DNA of 64,000 nucleotides from contig JBPOGF010000007.1 in assembly GCA_051251915.1 (NCBI GenBank), forward strand, positions 103,675 to 167,674, read 5' to 3'. A program made the position numbers and the translations under genes. Source of the stretch: Akkermansiaceae bacterium (GTDB lineage: Bacteria; Verrucomicrobiota; Verrucomicrobiia; Verrucomicrobiales; Akkermansiaceae). Positions 51,319-59,488 of this stretch are shown here, piece after piece (within the stretch, counting starts at the first letter, position 1; the number at the start of each line of letters is the position of its first letter). The notes beneath the pieces were generated by a model. That model did not search any database. It had not been told where the DNA came from and worked only from the letters and a program-made list of their open reading frames with translations.

Positions 51319-52095
51319 TTAGTTCTTTTTGTTGTATTCGCCTAGATCTCTGACCCAGATGTTGCGGTATTCGATAGGGTCACCGTGGAACTGGAGGCTG
51401 ATGGGGCCTTTGGCTGGGTGGTCTTTAGGGTAAGAGGCTAGCTTGCGGAATACTGTTGGGCCTTTGTAGGGTTGCGCGTTTTGGACAACGATTCCGTTGT
51501 GGATGACTGTGATAGTGGCTGGGGTGACTACTTCACCGTCTTTGTATTCTGGTGCGATGAATGTGATGTCGTAGCTCTGCCATTCTCCTTGTGGGCGTGA
51601 GGCGTTGACGAGTGGAGGGTATTGGCCGTACATTGCTCCGGCTTGTCCGTCTGGGTAGGTGACATTTTTGAAGCTTTCCATGATCTGGACTTCGTATTTG
51701 CCCATGAGGAATACGCCGCTGTTGCCGCCGCCTTGGCCGTTTACTTTACGATCTGCTGGGACTCTCCACTCGAGGTGGAGCTGGCATGAGCCGTAGGATT
51801 TTTTGGTTGGGTTGGTGCCTGTTTTAGTGGCGATGAGGATACCGTCTTTGACTTCCCATTTCTTGGTGAAGGCGTCTGAGTTTTTGCCATCGAAGATGAT
51901 GTCTGCGTCTGATGGTGCTGGGGTTGTGGTGATGGACTTGGCTTCGACCTGGACTGGGCGAGGGCGGGCTTCATCATGCACGTGGTAGCCTGACCATGGT
52001 TGGATGGGGGTAAGCTTTTTTTGGGCTTTGGCTTGGGCTGCGAGGGGGATGGTGAGGGCTGCTGTCAGTGGTAGTAATAGGTGGATAGCTTTCAT
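51319..52095 (-). CDS. DUF1080 (3-keto-disaccharide hydrolase-like) exported protein
   Basis: LHLEW, GNSGVFL, YEVQI, GEWQSYDI and LQFHGDPIEYRNIW. Confidence 0.9.
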   Translation of the reverse strand: MKAIHLLLPLTAALTIPLAAQAKAQKKLTPIQPWSGYHVHDEARPRPVQVEAKSITTTPAPSDADIIFDGKNSDAFTKKWEVKDGILIATKTGTNPTKKSYGSCQLHLEWRVPADRKVNGQGGGNSGVFLMGKYEVQIMESFKNVTYPDGQAGAMYGQYPPLVNASRPQGEWQSYDITFIAPEYKDGEVVTPATITVIHNGIVVQNAQPYKGPTVFRKLASYPKDHPAKGPISLQFHGDPIEYRNIWVRDLGEYNKKN

Positions 52096-52109
52096 AGAAT
52101 GCCAGTAAA

Positions 52110-52511
52110 CTAGTGGCTTTTATAAGCGAGCGCAACTCTAGAATCCACGAAGTAGGCGAGCTGGACGCCGATGGTGTAGCAGAGGAAATCTGACCAGAGG
52201 AAGCCTCTGCCTAGGATGAGTGCGCCGAGGCGGGTGTAGCGTATTTGATTGATCCAGTCGGCTTGATAGAGCTGGGAGATCTCGATGGCGTAGGAGAATG
52301 TGAGGGCGATGATGGCTATTTTTAGGGGTGACGATTTATGGAAGATGACGCAGGTGATGAAGTAGACCATGGATGCCCAGAGTGCGTCGCCGGCGTAAGT
52401 GGCTATGAAGCCGCCTTTGAGGAATTCTGGTAGGAAGGATGAGCGGGTGAAGAGGCCTAGGGTGATGGTGACTATGACGAGGGCTAGGTAGGTGGGGCGA
52501 TTTCTGGGCAT
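52110..52511 (-). CDS. DUF2809 membrane protein
   Basis: YAGDALWA, IEISQLY and LILGRGFLWSDFLCY. Confidence 0.85.
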   Translation of the reverse strand: MPRNRPTYLALVIVTITLGLFTRSSFLPEFLKGGFIATYAGDALWASMVYFITCVIFHKSSPLKIAIIALTFSYAIEISQLYQADWINQIRYTRLGALILGRGFLWSDFLCYTIGVQLAYFVDSRVALAYKSH

Positions 52512-52563
52512 TGGTGCTGGGATGATGGTGCGGCTTGGGTTTTGTTTGTATTGAAATTTGTTT

Positions 52564-53103
52564 TTACGTTTTATTCTGGGTGTCGGTGAGTTCTATTTCG
52601 TGGGCTCGGTGGGCGAGCATGTAGCCGGCGATGATGGATAGGATGACGCTTATTGCGAAGATGTAGAGTCCCCATGCTGCGTGGATCTGTGATCCTCCTG
52701 GGAGGCCTTTGACGGTGACGATGAGGACTGAGATGACGAAGACGTCGATCATGGAGAATTTGCCGAGTTTTTCTACAAGTTTGAGAGATTTTCCGGGGCA
52801 TTTGGCTTCGGTTAGTTTGAGGGATGCTAGCCAGAGGATGAGGATTTTTAGGATGGGGAATACGACTGAGAAGGCAAAGATGAGTGAGGCGATTCCTTTG
52901 GAACCAGCGCTCCACATGTGCTGGATGCCTTCGATGATGGAGTAGCTGGAGGTTTTAAATTCCTCTGGGAAGAGTAGGTTCATGATTTCTGTGTAATCGC
53001 CATCGTAGAGTGTGAGGCGAGGTTCAGTCTGCATGGTGGGGGCGAGGATTCCGATGCCTAGTGTGAAGCTGGAGAGGATGAGGAGGCAGAAGATTGTTTT
53101 CAT
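52564..53103 (-). CDS. Paraquat-inducible protein A (PqiA) domain protein
   Basis: YSIIEGI, FSVVFPILK and LGKFSMIDVFVISVL. Confidence 0.85.
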   Translation of the reverse strand: MKTIFCLLILSSFTLGIGILAPTMQTEPRLTLYDGDYTEIMNLLFPEEFKTSSYSIIEGIQHMWSAGSKGIASLIFAFSVVFPILKILILWLASLKLTEAKCPGKSLKLVEKLGKFSMIDVFVISVLIVTVKGLPGGSQIHAAWGLYIFAISVILSIIAGYMLAHRAHEIELTDTQNKT

Positions 53104-53133
53104 GGTTGGGTGTTTTGAAGATGAAGCTTGAGC

Positions 53134-53793
53134 TTATTGTTCGTTGTTCATTTCTCGGAGGAGTGGTAGGAGGAAATCTTTCACGCTTCCTTCTCGTTTT
53201 ACTACTTTGATTTCAATTTGTTTCCAGCCGTTGTCTTCATTTCTGTTAGAGTTGATCATGACGTTGGTTCCTTCTTTGAGATCAGTTAGGTGTATGGGGA
53301 TGATGCCGATGTTATCGCTTAATGTCATGGTGTCATGATCATACATGTGGAGGGTGATTTCTGAGTTGCCTTTGACACGGGAGGCGTTGACGATTTGCTC
53401 GAAATCTACGTTGATATTTACATCCCCTTTGATCATGCTTGAGAGGTCTTTTAGGGCAACTGGGAGTGTGATGCCGCGCCAGTTTGCGATGAATGTGTTG
53501 TCTCGCTGTGGGGATTTGAAGATTTTTTTGCCTTGGTATTTTATCTCGTAGAATAGGTCTGGTGCGTCATCGTCATCATCCCAGTCGTCTTCGTCATTAT
53601 CGTCATCGAGTGCTTTATTGAAGACCTCTATTTCTGATACGAAGACGTAGTATGTGGAGGACTCGTCTATTGTTGATGTTTCAAGGTTCAGCGTTTCTTC
53701 TTGGCTGGGTTCATCGCTGGCAAATAGTGCTGTGATGCCGGCGCCACAGAGGATGAGGCCGATGGGGACGCTGAGAGATAGTAGATTTTTCAT
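53134..53793 (-). CDS. Exported protein with an acidic loop and C2-like motifs
   Basis: Signal peptide, DDDDDAPDLFYEI, and ITLHMYDHDTMTLSDNIG. Confidence 0.55.
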   Translation of the reverse strand: MKNLLSLSVPIGLILCGAGITALFASDEPSQEETLNLETSTIDESSTYYVFVSEIEVFNKALDDDNDEDDWDDDDDAPDLFYEIKYQGKKIFKSPQRDNTFIANWRGITLPVALKDLSSMIKGDVNINVDFEQIVNASRVKGNSEITLHMYDHDTMTLSDNIGIIPIHLTDLKEGTNVMINSNRNEDNGWKQIEIKVVKREGSVKDFLLPLLREMNNEQ

Positions 53794-53815
53794 CGTTGAG
53801 AAGAGTGGTGAGTTT

Positions 53816-54181
53816 TTAGTCTAGGAGCCATTGGAGGATGTCTTGTGGTTCGTTGCCTATGATCCAGTAGGTGGTGATTAGTAGGCTGGTTCCGGTAGCT
53901 ATTTTGAGTAGTGATTTTTTCTTGTTGGAGGAAGCGGACTGATACTTGGTGAAGGTGTCGTAGGCTGTTAGAGCGATGGCGATGGGTAAGCCGAGGAGGG
54001 CTAGGAAGATGGTGCTGGAGTAGGTCCACATCCAGAATCCCTTGATTGACTTGGGATCATCTAGTGAGGCTATGGGCCAATGGCCGAGATGGTAGCGGGC
54101 TGCGAACCAGGTGGCGTAGAAGGAGGTGATGAGGAGGACGGGGTAAATGATAAGGGCATTTTCTCTGATGAACCTTAGCAT
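53816..54181 (-). CDS. Hypothetical membrane protein
   Basis: Three hydrophobic segments and a WP...DDPK motif. Confidence 0.6.
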   Translation of the reverse strand: MLRFIRENALIIYPVLLITSFYATWFAARYHLGHWPIASLDDPKSIKGFWMWTYSSTIFLALLGLPIAIALTAYDTFTKYQSASSNKKKSLLKIATGTSLLITTYWIIGNEPQDILQWLLD

Positions 54182-54205
54182 TTTGGTGGGAGGTGTTTGG
54201 TTTGT

Positions 54206-54976
54206 TTATTTTGATAATTTTTGGTCGAAGAGCCACTCATGAACTTTTTTATCGCCGAGGGGGAGTGGCATGTAGGTGTGTTTGCCTTTGGGGACGATGG
54301 TGAGTTTGACTCGGTCATCGTGTTTGATGAGTTCTTTTGCTAGGATGGGGAGGCGTTTATTTTTGTTGAGTGGGGTGTCGTTTTCTCCGACCCAGCACCA
54401 GACGGGGACTTTGAATTTGCCGGCTACTTCTTTTGGAGATACGGGGCCAGATATGGTTACTCCGCCGGCGAACCAATCAGGCTGGCGGGCGAGGGAGCGG
54501 AATGTTCCTTGGGCGCCGTTTGAGAAGCCGACGAGGTAGATTCTGTTGGTGTCGATGGGGAAGTTTTTGGCGAGGTCTTTGATGGTTTCATCTAGCTCTT
54601 CGGTGACTTTTTCCCATCCGCCTTTTGGTGGGTAGTAGGGTTGGACGACGAAGCATGGATTTCTTCTGTAGGCGTCGTCTTTAGTGAAGACTGTAGCTAG
54701 GGTTTGGACTTTGAATTTTTGTCCTGCTGGTGCGTTGTTTCTTCTGCCGTGTAGGGCGATGAGGAGAGGGTATTTTTTGTTTGATTTGATGCGTTTTTTA
54801 TCTGCGTAGAACCAGAAGGGTAGTGAGTTTTCTGTTGTTGCTTTTTCTTGGTGAACCCATTTGCCTTTGATGAGGTGGGTGTATTCTTTGGTGGTTTCAT
54901 CTGGTGATTCTGGTAGGGGCTTGGCTGTGCAGAATAGTGACAGAGTGATGATGAAAAGTGAGCAGAGTAGTTTCAT
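54206..54976 (-). CDS. Exported alpha/beta hydrolase (esterase/peptidase-like)
   Basis: YPLLIALHG, IDTNRIYLVGFSNG (GxSxG), VGEND and GKH. Confidence 0.85.
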   Translation of the reverse strand: MKLLCSLFIITLSLFCTAKPLPESPDETTKEYTHLIKGKWVHQEKATTENSLPFWFYADKKRIKSNKKYPLLIALHGRRNNAPAGQKFKVQTLATVFTKDDAYRRNPCFVVQPYYPPKGGWEKVTEELDETIKDLAKNFPIDTNRIYLVGFSNGAQGTFRSLARQPDWFAGGVTISGPVSPKEVAGKFKVPVWCWVGENDTPLNKNKRLPILAKELIKHDDRVKLTIVPKGKHTYMPLPLGDKKVHEWLFDQKLSK

Positions 54977-55008
54977 TGGTGTGTGTTTGGTGGTGTAGGG
55001 GTAAGTTT

Positions 55009-56430
55009 TTAGGCCCAGTTGATGGTTCCTGAGCCTTTGCCGATCTTGGCTTCGACATTCATCATGTCTAGGATGGAGCGGTGAAGGTCTTCGATCTTTT
55101 GGTCTTTGGAGGCGATGTGTTTGCCTGTTTTTAGGCGTCCTCCTGCGTTTCCTGATAGGATGACTGGGATATTTTTGCCGTTGTGGGCTTGGCCTGTGCT
55201 GATGTTGGACCCGAAGAGGACGAGGGAGTTTTCTAGGACATTTGAGGAGCCTTCTTTCATGTTTTTGAGGCGATTTAGTAGGTATGCATACTGCTCCATG
55301 TAGAAGGTGTTGATCTTAGTGAACTGTTCTAATTTTTCGGCTTGGAAGCTGTGGTGTGAGGCTTGGTGGTGGGCGCTGTTTACGCCATCAATGAATGACA
55401 TGTTTCCACCTCCTGTGAATCCGTTACCAAAGCATAGGGTGGCTGAGCGAGTGGAGTTACTCCAGAATGAGAGGGCCATGATGTCCATCATGAGGTGTCC
55501 GTATTCGCGGTAGGGGATTTTGGGTTGTGATTGGAAGTCCCCGTTTTGTCCTGACATGTGTTGTCTGATATCTCCTTTTAGTCCTAAGATATCTTTGAGG
55601 ACGTCTTCGGTGAGATTTAGGCCAACGACGGCATTTTGTTGGGCGATGCGTTTTTCTACTTCGCGAACGGCGGTGAAGTATTCGTCTAGTTTGCTGACGT
55701 CTTCACGGCCTAGTTTTCTTTCTAGTGACTTGGCGTCTTCTAGGACGGCATCGATCACGCTACGGTCTGGGAAATTGGAGTCTTCTCGTTTTTTGGGTTT
55801 CATCCCTTTGCTGTTTACGTTTTTGAAGAGTCTATTAAATGCGCGCTGGGGGTTAGTCTCGTATGGGATGGGGGTGTGGGCGTTTTTCCATGAGATGTGG
55901 CTGGTGTAGACGGTGGTGCCGGCCATGCCGTTATTTGATTTGGCTTGTCCGCCAATGCCTAGTTCTAGGGTGGGGAATACGGTGGAGCTTTTGAGGGCTT
56001 CGCCGATGATTTGATCAAGGCTTGGGTTGTGGACGTTTACTTCGCTTGATTTCTTGGTTTTGTAGGAGCCGGCTCCTGTTAGGAAACTAGAGGTGCCCAT
56101 GCTGTGACCGTCACCTGGATTTCTGATTCCGGTGATGACGTTCATGTCTTGTTTGAGGGCGTCTAGGGGTTTTAGAATTCGGGGGAGTTCTTTGAGTGCC
56201 CCTGGGTTTTTATGTGCCATCCACTCTCTGGGGTTGACGCCATTTGGCATGAAGAATGTAGCGAATCTAACGGGGTTTCCATCAGCTCCGATTGCTCCCG
56301 TTGCTCCTGAGGAGGACTGTGCCATTACTTTTGCGGCTGGGGAGAGGGATTCAAGGAATGGTAGTGCCATGGTGACGCCTACTCCGCGGAGGAAGCCACG
56401 GCGAGATAGATTAGAATGATTACGACTCAT
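55009..56430 (-). CDS. DUF1552 Tat-exported protein
   Basis: SRRGFLRGVGVTMALPFLESL, FMPNG, SLDQ and HHQASHH. Confidence 0.92.
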   Translation of the reverse strand: MSRNHSNLSRRGFLRGVGVTMALPFLESLSPAAKVMAQSSSGATGAIGADGNPVRFATFFMPNGVNPREWMAHKNPGALKELPRILKPLDALKQDMNVITGIRNPGDGHSMGTSSFLTGAGSYKTKKSSEVNVHNPSLDQIIGEALKSSTVFPTLELGIGGQAKSNNGMAGTTVYTSHISWKNAHTPIPYETNPQRAFNRLFKNVNSKGMKPKKREDSNFPDRSVIDAVLEDAKSLERKLGREDVSKLDEYFTAVREVEKRIAQQNAVVGLNLTEDVLKDILGLKGDIRQHMSGQNGDFQSQPKIPYREYGHLMMDIMALSFWSNSTRSATLCFGNGFTGGGNMSFIDGVNSAHHQASHHSFQAEKLEQFTKINTFYMEQYAYLLNRLKNMKEGSSNVLENSLVLFGSNISTGQAHNGKNIPVILSGNAGGRLKTGKHIASKDQKIEDLHRSILDMMNVEAKIGKGSGTINWA

Positions 56431-56447
56431 GATAGGATGAAGTTAAG

Positions 56448-58436
56448 TTATTTTTTAGGGTTTACTCGGTTTAGAAATGGTTCACTGGTGATGATGGACA
56501 TGATGAGGGTGTGCATGCTGCCTTGATCTTTCATGACCTGGTCTTTTATTTTGTAGGTGGTGGGGCGATCGTATGGTGTGAGTTCACGGCCTAGGGCGTA
56601 GGAGAGGAATTTTTCAGCTGCATGACGAGTGAATTCGTCTTTTCTGGAGACGAGGAGTTTTTTGAGCTCGGCGGGGCCGTTGAATTTATTTCCGTCTGGG
56701 GTTTCTCCGGAGGTGTCAATGCGCGCGCCATTTTGGGTGGTGCGCCAGCGGCCAATGGCATCGAAATTTTCTAGGCCTAAGCCTATGGGATCAATGAGAG
56801 CGTGGCATGCTCGGCAATCTGGGCTTTCAGCGTGAAACTTGAGTGTTTCGCGGATTGTTTTGGTTTTAAGTAGAGTGTCATTGGTGGGGAGTTGTTCGAT
56901 ATCCATGGGAGGTGATGGTGGTTTATCTCCGAAGAGGCGCTCTAGGACGTAGAGGCCTCTGAGTGATGGACTGGTGCGTAGTGGCATGGATGTGGCAACG
57001 AGGACGCTGCCCATTCCTAGGACTCCTCCTCTGGTGGGTTGATTGAGTTTTACTTTGCGGAATTTTTTTCCGGTTACGCCTTTGATTCCGTAGAAGTTGG
57101 CGAGGTTTTCATTTAGGAAGCTGTAGTCTGAGTCGATGAGGTCGTAGATGCTGCCATTTTCACGAATGAGGTTGGTGAAGAAGTGGGTTGATTCATTGTA
57201 CATGTCGACACGTAATGAGAGGTCGAATTGAGGGAATTTTTTGATATCAGGGTTTGCTGAGCCTCTGAGGTCTTCCCAACCAAGCCACTGACCACCGAGG
57301 AACATGGAGAGTCTGCGGGATTTGGGGTCTTTTAGCATGCGGATGACTTGCTTCTTTAGGACGGCTGGGTCTGAGAGCTTTTTCTCGCTGGCGAGTTTGA
57401 GGAGTTCGAGGTCTGGCATGGATGTCCAGAGGAAGTATGAGAGTCTATTTGCTAGTTCAAATTGGGTGAGGGCTAGTGTCTCTTGGTTGCTGTCGACTCG
57501 GAGTTCTGAGCGGTAGAGGAAGCGTGGGGAGATGAGCATCATGATGAAGGGGTCGCGCATTGCCTGGAGGTGGTTTTTGTCTTTTGCGCGGGCTTTTTCG
57601 TAGACGCTGACGAGTCTATCGATGATGTCGGGTTCGATTTCGCCTCGGTAGACACGTGGAGCCCAGAAGGTGAGGATTTGTCGTGCTCCTGCGGCGTCTG
57701 CACTGGCGCCTCGGAGGATTTTGTTGCGTATGGTGCGATCAGTGAGTATTTTGTCGGTGATTTTGACTGCGGCTTCGACGTAATTTTCCATTAGGAGTGC
57801 TGGGAGGAAAAGAGCGTTGGCGTCGTTGTCGAAGCCTCCTTCGCCGGCACTGTCTTCTGGGAAGTCATCTGCTGGGCGGATTTTTAGGTCGAATAGGTCG
57901 CTGATTGTGTTGTTGTATTCTTTTTGGTTGAGACGGCGTAGCGGAGTTTTTCCTGGGCTGGAGCCCATGATGCCTAGGTCCCAGACTTTACCGATTTGGA
58001 TACCCCATCCTACGAGGAGGGCTCTTTCCTCAAGGCTTGGGCGGGTCTTGCGCTTGATGGGGGGCATGATGTTCATGTCCGCGGTTTTGCCGACTAGTTC
58101 CCATAGATTAGGGTGTTGGGATGCTTTCTTGGGGTCTAGTAGTCTTTCGAGATCGATACTGCCTTCATCGTCTTCTGGGTTGTGACATTCTGTGCAGTGT
58201 TTATCGATAATGGGGGCAATGTGCTTTTCGAAATTTAGGAGGCCTGAGTTTGCTCTAATGATGGCTTGCTTCATGACGGGGGAGTCCCTGAGGTCGTCAG
58301 GGTAAGCTTGTGCAAACTGGGTCAATAGGCTGATTGCGGTGAGGGAACAGAGCACACTTAGCGCGCTGGACGGGTGTTGGCCGTTAGTTCGCTTAGAGTG
58401 TGTTGCAAATAGCATTGAGTAAATATAGGAAATCAT
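56448..58436 (-). CDS. DUF1592/DUF1588 multidomain PVC cytochrome-c-like protein
   Basis: Heme motifs CTECH and CRACH, LRRLNQKEYNNT, RLSYFLWTSMPD and TSPSLRG; start uncertain. Confidence 0.92.
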   Translation of the reverse strand: MISYIYSMLFATHSKRTNGQHPSSALSVLCSLTAISLLTQFAQAYPDDLRDSPVMKQAIIRANSGLLNFEKHIAPIIDKHCTECHNPEDDEGSIDLERLLDPKKASQHPNLWELVGKTADMNIMPPIKRKTRPSLEERALLVGWGIQIGKVWDLGIMGSSPGKTPLRRLNQKEYNNTISDLFDLKIRPADDFPEDSAGEGGFDNDANALFLPALLMENYVEAAVKITDKILTDRTIRNKILRGASADAAGARQILTFWAPRVYRGEIEPDIIDRLVSVYEKARAKDKNHLQAMRDPFIMMLISPRFLYRSELRVDSNQETLALTQFELANRLSYFLWTSMPDLELLKLASEKKLSDPAVLKKQVIRMLKDPKSRRLSMFLGGQWLGWEDLRGSANPDIKKFPQFDLSLRVDMYNESTHFFTNLIRENGSIYDLIDSDYSFLNENLANFYGIKGVTGKKFRKVKLNQPTRGGVLGMGSVLVATSMPLRTSPSLRGLYVLERLFGDKPPSPPMDIEQLPTNDTLLKTKTIRETLKFHAESPDCRACHALIDPIGLGLENFDAIGRWRTTQNGARIDTSGETPDGNKFNGPAELKKLLVSRKDEFTRHAAEKFLSYALGRELTPYDRPTTYKIKDQVMKDQGSMHTLIMSIITSEPFLNRVNPKK

Positions 58437-58561
58437 ACTGTGGTAAGTTATAAAACTTATGAGGTTATCTTATGAAGTCAAGTGGATAGGTCTGTGCTGT
58501 GTAAATGGAGGAGTTGGTGAAAAGTGGTGCGGATGGGGGAGTTTTGCTGTAGATCATTATT

Positions 58562-59464
58562 ATGAGGTATTTACTTACATTAATTATTGGTTCGGGGTTG
58601 TTTAGTTGTTTGGTAGCTGGGGAGGATGGGAAGCCTGTTAGTGAGAGGGCGTGGGTGAGTTTGTTTAATGGGAAGGATTTGTCTGGGTGGGTGGATGTGA
58701 ATACTAGTGAGACGACGTGGAAGGCTGTGGATGGTGAGTTGCATTGCACTGGGTTACCGATTGGGGTGATGCGGTCTGAGAAGATGTATGAGAATTTTAT
58801 TTTGGAGATAGAGTGGAAGCATATGAAGAAGAAGGGGAATAGTGGGGTGTTTCTATGGTGTGATGCGGTGCCTGGGAAAAATAGGCTTCCTAGCGGGATG
58901 GAGGTTCAGATGTTGGAGTTGGATTGGGTGAATAGGCCGAATGGGAAGAAGCAGGAGGATAGTTATATTTCGGGTGAATTATTTGCTGCTGGGGAGATGA
59001 CAGCGGTGCCTGATAACCCGAGAGCAAGTGCTCCGAATGGGCCGCGGAGTGTTTCTAAGGAGTATCGCTGTAAGGGTGTGGGGGAGTGGAATAAGTATAC
59101 GATTGTGGCGATTAATGGGACGGTGAATTTGAGTATTAATGGGAAGTTTGTGAATAGTATTAGGAATAGTTCTAAGAAGAAGGGGTACCTTTGTTTAGAG
59201 GCTGAGGGGTCAGAGGTAAGGTTTAGGAATATTAAGATACTTGAGTTGCCGGGTGGGGTGATTGAGGAGGGGGAAGTTGTGGAGGTTGTGGGGGAGTTAT
59301 ATTTTTTTGGTGAGGTGTCGTGTATGGTGGCGGGTTGCACGGGATTATGGGAGGTTGGAAACCTCCAGCACCTTGTGAAGGGAGGACGTAGTAAACCCGG
59401 CTCACAGTTGGATGGGCTGTGGGCCGGGTTTGTGTTTTGTGGGAGGGTCCCAATTACTAATTAA
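58562..59464 (+). CDS. DUF1080 exported protein, C-terminus probably extended by stop loss
   Basis: [25 protein letters not shown] and [15 protein letters not shown]; the tail overlaps a REP-like element and a hairpin. Confidence 0.85.
   Translation: MRYLLTLIIGSGLFSCLVAGEDGKPVSERAWVSLFNGKDLSGWVDVNTSETTWKAVDGELHCTGLPIGVMRSEKMYENFILEIEWKHMKKKGNSGVFLWCDAVPGKNRLPSGMEVQMLELDWVNRPNGKKQEDSYISGELFAAGEMTAVPDNPRASAPNGPRSVSKEYRCKGVGEWNKYTIVAINGTVNLSINGKFVNSIRNSSKKKGYLCLEAEGSEVRFRNIKILELPGGVIEEGEVVEVVGELYFFGEVSCMVAGCTGLWEVGNLQHLVKGGRSKPGSQLDGLWAGFVFCGRVPITN
59393..59431. terminator. Hairpin between the convergent DUF1080 and peroxidase genes
   Basis: AAACCCGGCTCACAG...CTGTGGGCCGGGTTT. Confidence 0.65.
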
Positions 59465-59488
59465 CTACTATTACAATGAATTTTAAGA

